64,000 bases of DNA from a virus. The translations under genes were made by a program, and so were the position numbers. Where the stretch lies: positions 32,001 through 96,000 of IMG/VR virus record IMGVR_UViG_3300027280_000002; one strand, written 5' to 3'. Positions 57,012-64,000 of this stretch are shown here, piece after piece; position 1 is the stretch's first letter; each line of letters opens with the position of its first letter. The notes beneath the pieces were generated by a model. That model worked only from the letters and a program-made list of their open reading frames with translations, was not told the DNA's origin and ran no database searches.

Positions 57012-60000
57012 ATGGCAAAAGATATAAAAAAAGCACAGACAGGTATAAACATACCTCCTATGGCAAATGTTCCTAGTCCTACTAGTTCAAACCAATCTTT
57101 TATGCAAGAAAGATTTGGTGGATATAGAGAACCAGGAAATCCAAGACCCATGCCTAATATATCTACACGTCCCAACTTAGGGGTTGTTAAACCTAATAAC
57201 GGTAATCAACCAAGTGGACTAGACTTGCTTTTAAGAGATGCTAGCACAAGAGGTGACCGAGGTAAGGGAGATAGGATAACTACTGCAGATGAATATGAAG
57301 GAGCCGATAGATACGATTATTTTCAACCTTCGTCAATGGGAGTTGACAATGAAGACATGGCTGGACAATATCAATCTTTGGGCAGTAAAGCTGTAAACGG
57401 TGTAACTAAAGGACTTATTCTTGCAGGTACAACATTTATACAAGGTACAGCAGGACTTGTTAATGGCGTGTATCAAGCAATAAATGATGGTAAGTTTTCG
57501 TCTTTCTATGATAATGAATTTAATAGAGGGTTAGATGGAATTAACAAGTGGTCTGAAGATGCTATGCCAAACTACTATACAGCAGCAGAAAGAGATGCTA
57601 ATTTTTATTCTCCTAAATATTGGGCTACAGGAAATTTTGTATTTGATGGTGTAATTAAGAATCTTGGATTTGCAGCTGGTGCTTATTTAACAGGTGGTGC
57701 ATACACTAATGTATTAAAAGCACTTCCAGGAACCTCTAGATTATTTTCTATGGGTAAGGCAGCAGAAACTTTAGCTGCTACAGAAAAAGGATTAAGTGCA
57801 GCAAATAAAGGAGCTGGTGTATATGGTGAAATAAAAGCTTTATCAGATAGTTTCTTAGCACAATATAATTTACTTAACCCAGCAGGAAGAGCTGTGGTAG
57901 CAGGATTATCAACAACTGGTGAAGCAGGTATTGAGGCGCTACATAACAGTAATGAGTTTAGACAAGAACTTATAGATGAATTTAAAAAAGAGTATGGTGT
58001 AGTTCCTGGTGCTGAACAAATGGATAATATTAATGCAGCTGTAGAAGGAGCAGGTAACGCTTCTTTTTATGCTAATGTAGGAATACTAACTGCAAGTAAT
58101 TATGTTATCTTTCCACGTATTGCACGTTCTAGTTTTAAAGCAGATAAACGAGCAATCAATGGTCTTGTAAGAGAGATAGATGATATTGCATATGAGGGAG
58201 GAAAGTATGCAGCAAAGACATCTAAGTTACATCCTATACTACGTACTCTAAACAATATTAGACCTTACACATTTACTGTCTCAGAAGGACTAGAGGAAGT
58301 TTCACAGTATGGAAGTAGTGTAGGAACACAAGATTATTACAATAAGCAATATAATAACGAAGCAACTAGTTGGTTAACATCTATAGGTGTAGGTTTAACT
58401 AAAGGTGTCTTTAGTGATGAGGGTGCAAAGAATGCATTGATTGGTGGATTGTCTGGTGGTATAATGACTGGACGAGGTAGGTATAGAAGAAATCAACAAA
58501 GAGCAGCAGATACAGCAGAGGCTATAGAGCTACTAAATGATTTTCAACTCTCTGACTTTACAAAAGAAAGTATATATTCTAACAATAGAGCTGGTGTTTT
58601 AGGAGAAGAGCTTGAACAAGCTGCTGAACGTGGAGACATGTTGTCTTATAAAAACCTAGAAAGTCAATACATAATCAACTACCTTACTCCTAGAATAAAA
58701 TATGGTAGATTAGACTTAGTTATGCAAGACATAGCAGATATGAAAAAGCTGTCTTCTACTGAACAAGGATTTGCTCAACTGGTTGCAGAAGGAAAAGTTC
58801 AAGAAGGAGAAACAAAAGAAACTTTTATTGCACGTCTAGAAAACTTTAAACAAACAGCTAATGACGTAAATAGTCTATACCAATCTTTAGAGCTTAGGTA
58901 TGGAGGAATTACTGAAGAAGGTGTTGATGGAAAAAGATATCGTACGTACGGACCAGCTGTAATAAATAAAATGATATACGCAGCTTCTACAGTTGCAGAT
59001 ACAGACAGTCGCATACCTCAACTATCAGCAGAGTTACAAGCTGCAATTCCCACTTTAAATATACAAGAGATATTACAAGATCTAATAAGTGGAGAGGTTG
59101 AAAGCTTTAATAATGCTGTTAATCAAATACAAAACTTAGATATACTTTCTGATAAAAAAGATGTATTAGGAGAAAAGTTAAACGACGTAGCTGCTCTAGC
59201 TAAGATTAGAGAACTAATGCTACAAGAGTATGAGCTTATAAAAACTAATCCTAAAAACTTTCAAGAGAAGCCATTACGTCAACAAGATAGTGTTAAAACA
59301 TACGAGGAAATATTAGAAGATGATGCCAATACTTTTGTAATTAAAGCTAAGAATGGAGAACAGTCATTACAAATAGGACAAGAGTATTTTGTAGGACAAG
59401 GTGTAAACTTTGAAGGGGAAACACCTCTTGATGAACCAGTAGTAATAAGTAGTTTTGTTCCAGTAGGACAGAATGAAGATGGAACTATTCAGATCAAAGA
59501 TCAGTCTGGCCAGGTAAGGGATATATCACCAGATGTTTTATTAGATTATAATGTAGGTAGAAAATCTACATTAGTTAATAACAAGACAGCTAACTTCTAT
59601 TACAGGCATAGGGATAAAGTATTTGAATTTAACTTTGGTAAAAACTTTGGAGGTAAAAGAAAAGGAAGACTTATGTATGATAATGGGAAACTGTTTTTTG
59701 TATATAAAGATTCTAATGGTACTATTCTTAAAAAAGAATTAGCTAATAAGTTTTTTGCACCACAACCTGGATTTGATCAAGCAAGAATTACTCCAGTAGG
59801 AAAAGTTACTGCTGAACAACAAGATGCTGCAAATCAGTTTCTTAGTCCAGAGGAGTTAGCAAAGAATGAACAAACTCTTCAGTCAAATAGAGAGAATAGG
59901 CTTAAGATAATGAATGACTTAGGCGTAGAGTCTAAGAGAAGATTAGAGGAGATAAATAAACAGTTAGAGAAGGATAGAAAGAAACTAGCTATCATTAAGA

Positions 60001-63000
60001 AAGATCTTGAGTCTATCTATACAATGAAAGAGGGAGGTTCTAGAATAAAACTAACATATTCTAAGGCACAAAAGAATTTTACTAGAGCTATAAATAACTA
60101 TACTGCTATGCAACAGGATACGCAAGATCGTATCACAGAGTTAGAAAGAGAGCAAGAAGAGCTTGATTTAAACACTTCATACTTTGAAGCATTTGAAGTA
60201 GATCTATTAGACCTACCAGGAAACACTAAAGAGTTTTTAAAAGAATTAAAAGATCAACTATCTTTACTAGAACAAAATGGTAAAGCTGTAAACAACGAAA
60301 TAAAAGCTAATAACAAATTACTAGACTCTATAAAGAAAGCTACTAAGAAGGCAGCTAAGTTACTTAAGAGTGCTTTAGAAACTACATATGTATATGATGA
60401 AGATTATGGTGATTATTTAAAAGATCTTTTAGAAAAGTCTGTGACTGGAGAAGACTTATTAAATACATGGCCTTTATTAAAACAAGAACTAGCTAACTTT
60501 AATCTTACTAACGACATACAAAAAGAAACTAATGTTTCTGAGAGAGATGTGTTTGATGCATTAGAAAGTCGTAAAGAATTAGAAGCTACATTAGAGAGTC
60601 TAAGAAAAGAGTATGTAGCTAAGAAAGTTATTGTAGATAGATTCCAAAGAGTAATGGATGAGTATGTTGTAGAAAAACAAAATCAAGATAAGATTGCTAA
60701 TAATACTAAGTTGCTAGCAGACTTACAACAAACTGCAAATACTGGTCCTGTAACAGATGCAGAACCAAAATCATTTGATCCTATTTCTAAAAAGTCTAAT
60801 GACGTAATACCAAGAGCTAGTGTAGGTGAACCTACAGGCCCAATACAGGATCATCAAGTTAGAGCTAATACATTTGGAGTAAACTTAAATAAGTTTGCGA
60901 ATAGAAAGAATATTCGTGCTATATATTTAACACTTAAGACCCAAGACCAAAAATTAGATGGGGTTGTACAAAGAATACTTGATAATGGTAGTCCAGAACT
61001 TATGGAAAAGTTTGGAGATTCTATTATTGTTATGGTGATGATAGATACAGCTGGTAACTTAGTAGGAGTTGATGGTCAACCTATACCTAACACTAAGAAT
61101 CAACTAGACAATGCTATCTATCAAACTATACCTGAATCATCTCTTACAAACACTAAAGGTAGTTTGTTTAGAGTAGAGGATAGCGAAACAGCTGCAATTA
61201 AAAAACAGTTTGGTGTCTTTAGAAAAGGTATTCTAGACAGGAATATGGTAGGTGTACCATTTAATATAGAAGCATCTTTTGGTATACCTCAATATGAACA
61301 AGACTCTAATGGAAATAATGTCTTAGGAACTACATCTGTAGTAGAAGCAGACTTAATTAGTGAAACGGATTTATCTAAAACTAATGTAATATTTATTCCT
61401 ACGACTAACAAGAATATATTTAAAGGTACAGTTACGTACTCTCAACCTTTTGGTAGTGTATTTTTAGATCTACCTAATGGATATGTTAAGTTAAGAAATA
61501 GAAAACATACTACACAAGAAGCAGAAGCTATATATGATTCTTTACATGCACTCTCTAAAGAGATAGTAGATTTAGATAAAGGAGCAACTAGTGATACATC
61601 AGTTCGATTATTTAACTTTTTAAAAGGTGTAACTTATTGGGGAATTCCTGTAGACACTAATGGTAATAGAAAAGCAACAGGACAAAATAGTGTGTTCTTT
61701 GAAAGAGAAATTGGTGAATCAATATCAGGAATAAATTTTACTAAGTTATCATTAAAAATGGGAGCATTTCCATCAGTGGATTTTAACCCTGTTTCTATAT
61801 CAAAGAATAAAGAATTTATTATTGAGACGTTGGGCCAGATGTATAATAACATCGATAACTCTAATCTAAAAAACATAGACCAGTCCTTTGAGCAAATAAC
61901 AAAAATAAATGAGAACGGTACAATAGAATCAATAACGTGGCCTAATTACCAAACCTATCTATTATCTAAAAACATACCAGGAGGAGGTACAAGACAAGAT
62001 TTTCAACTTCCTTTACATACTACAATGAAACCTGTGGTAGAAGGTAGTGATGAGGTTAACAGAAGGGGTGTATATTTTGTAAATGAAGATAGTGCTGAAG
62101 ATTTTATATCCGAAGTGGTGCCACCAAAGTCAACAAGAATTCAAGTAATAAGTCCAAAAGGACCAGCTGCGCCAACACAACAAACTAGTGAGGTTAGTTT
62201 AAATAAACAATCATCTTTAAGTACTATAGTTTCTTCATGGTTACAAACAGAGGAAGGTTCTTTAGACAACCAAACTGCAGAAGAATCAGCATCTAAGTTT
62301 GCTTTAATCTACAACAGAAAAAACCCTGTAACAGGTGAAGACAATAGATCAGTAGCTGAGATTATAGAAGGCAACAAAAGCTTAACACCTGGTCAAAGAA
62401 AAGATAACGCAGGTCAAGTAGGTACAGATCTATTTAACACAATTGCTCAAGGCATGAGTGTTAGAGAAACTATATTGAATGAAATTAAAAATCAAACTTT
62501 ATCTTTAAAACCAACACCACAAACTAGTGAGGTTGAAGTTGTATTAGATAACAAACAAACTAATACCTTTACCAGTCCTAAAGGCAAAAAGATTTTGTTT
62601 AAAGCTTCTCCAAGTACTACTGCTCAAAACTATAAGGAAAAGGGACAGATTTCAGTTATGATGAATGATGACTTGAAACAATTACTTGCAGAAAATCCTG
62701 ATGCTGCAACACAAGAAAAAATAAAGAAAAGTATAAAGTATGAGATCTATAATTATATAGCACCTGAGTTAGCTAAATTAAAAGAACAGGATGCAGAGGA
62801 TGAAATGCAAATGACTCCTGAGATGTTTGATCAGATCATGGCTGCAAGAAAACAAAAAGGTAAATCATCTCCAAGTAGTGATGTGCTAAACGCTTTAAAG
62901 AATGGACGTAATAATCAGAACAATGAAGTTCTACGTGAGGTTGTTACTGAGTCTATAGAGGGAATGAGTGAGGAGAACTGGAAAGATGCAAGAGCATGGA

Positions 63001-64000
63001 TGTCTAAGAATTTACCTGGTGTTAGTTTCAATAGAGTTAAGAATATAATAAAAACTAAAGATGGAAAAAAAGCATGGGGATTCTTTGAAAACAATAGTAT
63101 ATATGTATATGAAAATGCAGAAGTAGGTACAGTTTACCATGAAGCATTTGAAGCTGTCTTTGCACAATTCTTATCTCCACAAGAAAAGGAAAAACTATTT
63201 AATGAATTTACATCTCGCAAAGGAACTTTTGTAGACAGACCTACAGGAAGAACAGTAAAATATTCTCAAGCTACGAGAGATGAAATGAGAGAACAGTTAG
63301 CAGAAGACTTTAGAGATTATATACAAGACAAGAAAAAACCAGAAGGTGGTTTCTTTTCTAGAGTATTTAAACAATTAAAGGATCTTATTGAAAAATGGTT
63401 TCTTAGTCCACAGTCACAAACTTATAGTAATGAATTGTTTGACAAGATTGATGGAGGTGGCTTTGTGTCTTTGGATTACCTTCCTCTTTTACCTTTTGGG
63501 TTATTTAATTCTTATGATACTGTTGACTTTGCAACACCAGGAACTAGTGCTGTATTTAGAGTAGAAACAGGTCTTAGTGATGTGCAAGTACATGATACGA
63601 TTGAGCACATGACATATCTTACACTGAGAAATATAATTGCAAATAACGAAAGTTTATTCTCAGTACCAGAACTTAATCAAACAGAGTTATATAGTAGATT
63701 AAAAGGTGAGGTTCTTGCTTCTGTAGGACAGGTGGCCCAACAGTATAAAGACATTCGTCCTCAGTTTGAAAAGTCAACTGGAGGTCAATTACAAGAAATA
63801 GATAATAAAATAGATGAGACTGTAGATCTAATGCAAAGAATAGATGACTCATGGACTTATCTTACTAAAAAGCATAAAGAATATATACTATCTTTTGGGA
63901 TTACTTTTGATGAAGCTGATCAGTTACAACTAGAAGAAGATAGATCTAATAAAGGGTATAATTCTGATGCTACAAAAATAGATAACTTTAAAAAGACTGG
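57012..64000 (+). CDS. Giant virion protein (>2300 aa, 3'-truncated); probably the crAss-like vRNAP-containing cargo protein
   Basis: ATG 57012; frame open at spot-checked positions and at the window end (absent from track because no stop); Gly/Ala-rich hydrophobic N-terminal region, coiled coils, zincin-like HEAFE..EQLAEDF. RNAP catalytic motif not seen in the window. Confidence 0.75.
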   Translation, partial: MAKDIKKAQTGINIPPMANVPSPTSSNQSFMQERFGGYREPGNPRPMPNISTRPNLGVVKPNNGNQPSGLDLLLRDASTRGDRGKGDRITTADEYEGADRYDYFQPSSMGVDNEDMAGQYQSLGSKAVNGVTKGLILAGTTFIQGTAGLVNGVYQAINDGKFSSFYDNEFNRGLDGINKWSEDAMPNYYTAAERDANFYSPKYWATGNFVFDGVIKNLGFAAGAYLTGGAYTNVLKALPGTSRLFSMGKAAETLAATEKGLSAANKGAGVYGEIKALSDSFLAQYNLLNPAGRAVVAGLSTTGEAGIEALHNSNEFRQELIDEFKKEYGVVPGAEQMDNINAAVEGAGNASFYANVGILTASNYVIFPRIARSSFKADKRAINGLVREIDDIAYEGGKYAAKTSKLHPILRTLNNIRPYTFTVSEGLEEVSQYGSSVGTQDYYNKQYNNEATSWLTSIGVGLTKGVFSDEGAKNALIGGLSGGIMTGRGRYRRNQQRAADTAEAIELLNDFQLSDFTKESIYSNNRAGVLGEELEQAAERGDMLSYKNLESQYIINYLTPRIKYGRLDLVMQDIADMKKLSSTEQGFAQLVAEGKVQEGETKETFIARLENFKQTANDVNSLYQSLELRYGGITEEGVDGKRYRTYGPAVINKMIYAASTVADTDSRIPQLSAELQAAIPTLNIQEILQDLISGEVESFNNAVNQIQNLDILSDKKDVLGEKLNDVAALAKIRELMLQEYELIKTNPKNFQEKPLRQQDSVKTYEEILEDDANTFVIKAKNGEQSLQIGQEYFVGQGVNFEGETPLDEPVVISSFVPVGQNEDGTIQIKDQSGQVRDISPDVLLDYNVGRKSTLVNNKTANFYYRHRDKVFEFNFGKNFGGKRKGRLMYDNGKLFFVYKDSNGTILKKELANKFFAPQPGFDQARITPVGKVTAEQQDAANQFLSPEELAKNEQTLQSNRENRLKIMNDLGVESKRRLEEINKQLEKDRKKLAIIKKDLESIYTMKEGGSRIKLTYSKAQKNFTRAINNYTAMQQDTQDRITELEREQEELDLNTSYFEAFEVDLLDLPGNTKEFLKELKDQLSLLEQNGKAVNNEIKANNKLLDSIKKATKKAAKLLKSALETTYVYDEDYGDYLKDLLEKSVTGEDLLNTWPLLKQELANFNLTNDIQKETNVSERDVFDALESRKELEATLESLRKEYVAKKVIVDRFQRVMDEYVVEKQNQDKIANNTKLLADLQQTANTGPVTDAEPKSFDPISKKSNDVIPRASVGEPTGPIQDHQVRANTFGVNLNKFANRKNIRAIYLTLKTQDQKLDGVVQRILDNGSPELMEKFGDSIIVMVMIDTAGNLVGVDGQPIPNTKNQLDNAIYQTIPESSLTNTKGSLFRVEDSETAAIKKQFGVFRKGILDRNMVGVPFNIEASFGIPQYEQDSNGNNVLGTTSVVEADLISETDLSKTNVIFIPTTNKNIFKGTVTYSQPFGSVFLDLPNGYVKLRNRKHTTQEAEAIYDSLHALSKEIVDLDKGATSDTSVRLFNFLKGVTYWGIPVDTNGNRKATGQNSVFFEREIGESISGINFTKLSLKMGAFPSVDFNPVSISKNKEFIIETLGQMYNNIDNSNLKNIDQSFEQITKINENGTIESITWPNYQTYLLSKNIPGGGTRQDFQLPLHTTMKPVVEGSDEVNRRGVYFVNEDSAEDFISEVVPPKSTRIQVISPKGPAAPTQQTSEVSLNKQSSLSTIVSSWLQTEEGSLDNQTAEESASKFALIYNRKNPVTGEDNRSVAEIIEGNKSLTPGQRKDNAGQVGTDLFNTIAQGMSVRETILNEIKNQTLSLKPTPQTSEVEVVLDNKQTNTFTSPKGKKILFKASPSTTAQNYKEKGQISVMMNDDLKQLLAENPDAATQEKIKKSIKYEIYNYIAPELAKLKEQDAEDEMQMTPEMFDQIMAARKQKGKSSPSSDVLNALKNGRNNQNNEVLREVVTESIEGMSEENWKDARAWMSKNLPGVSFNRVKNIIKTKDGKKAWGFFENNSIYVYENAEVGTVYHEAFEAVFAQFLSPQEKEKLFNEFTSRKGTFVDRPTGRTVKYSQATRDEMREQLAEDFRDYIQDKKKPEGGFFSRVFKQLKDLIEKWFLSPQSQTYSNELFDKIDGGGFVSLDYLPLLPFGLFNSYDTVDFATPGTSAVFRVETGLSDVQVHDTIEHMTYLTLRNIIANNESLFSVPELNQTELYSRLKGEVLASVGQVAQQYKDIRPQFEKSTGGQLQEIDNKIDETVDLMQRIDDSWTYLTKKHKEYILSFGITFDEADQLQLEEDRSNKGYNSDATKIDNFKKT
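62172..62534 (+). repeat. 24-bp direct repeat (23/24 identical) bracketing an in-frame 339-bp segment
   Basis: CCAACACAACAAACTAGTGAGGTT at 62172-62195 and CCAACACCACAAACTAGTGAGGTT at 62511-62534. Confidence 0.9.

Noticed and set aside
12412-61876. Short antisense or alternate-frame track ORFs within the right arm
   Set aside because: Overlap long plus-strand genes; no independent support.
1-64000. Stop-codon reassignment (TAG or TGA), as known in some crAss-like phages
   Set aside because: Long genes are intact under the standard code, and TAG/TGA act as stops at sensible gene ends (e.g. MCP TAG at 21494, ATGA overlaps).

Overview
AT-rich 64 kb segment of a crAss-like (Crassvirales-type) podophage genome, probably infecting a Bacteroidota host. 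The host call rests on several TTTG-N19-21-TAnnTTTG promoters and AT-rich, SD-less translation starts. There are two divergent arms. Arm 1 (~1-11.6 kb, minus strand) holds many small early-type genes (SET-domain protein, 3D-domain muralytic protein, Fis-type HTH, membrane-anchored AT-hook protein) followed by PolB, an initiator-like protein, DnaB, an SF2 helicase and an AAA ATPase. Arm 2 (~11.9-64 kb, plus strand) holds HU/IHF-like proteins, terminase, portal, scaffold-like protein, major capsid, head/tail proteins, a ~12 kb Cys/Thr-rich appendage locus, a phosphoesterase, ring proteins, a split muzzle/tail-stabilisation gene, three cargo proteins and the 5' part of a giant, probably vRNAP-bearing, protein. 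Best candidate novel systems: (1) a modular virion-decoration kit of six paralogous ~70-aa 'GPF' domains, mucin-like poly-Thr linkers, short Cys peptides, reshuffled payload modules and a trypsin-like protease, which has also invaded and split the muzzle gene; (2) cargo polyproteins punctuated by recurring 'xAxxG(G)' motifs around ART-like and zincin domains; (3) an in-frame 113-codon cassette bounded by a 24-bp direct repeat inside the giant protein; (4) a conserved 25-bp operator-like site at fixed distance from two promoters, and a G-rich hairpin region at the divergence point. No tRNA, rRNA, CRISPR, integrase or reverse transcriptase was recognised. All family assignments come from motif recognition and gene order, not database searches.
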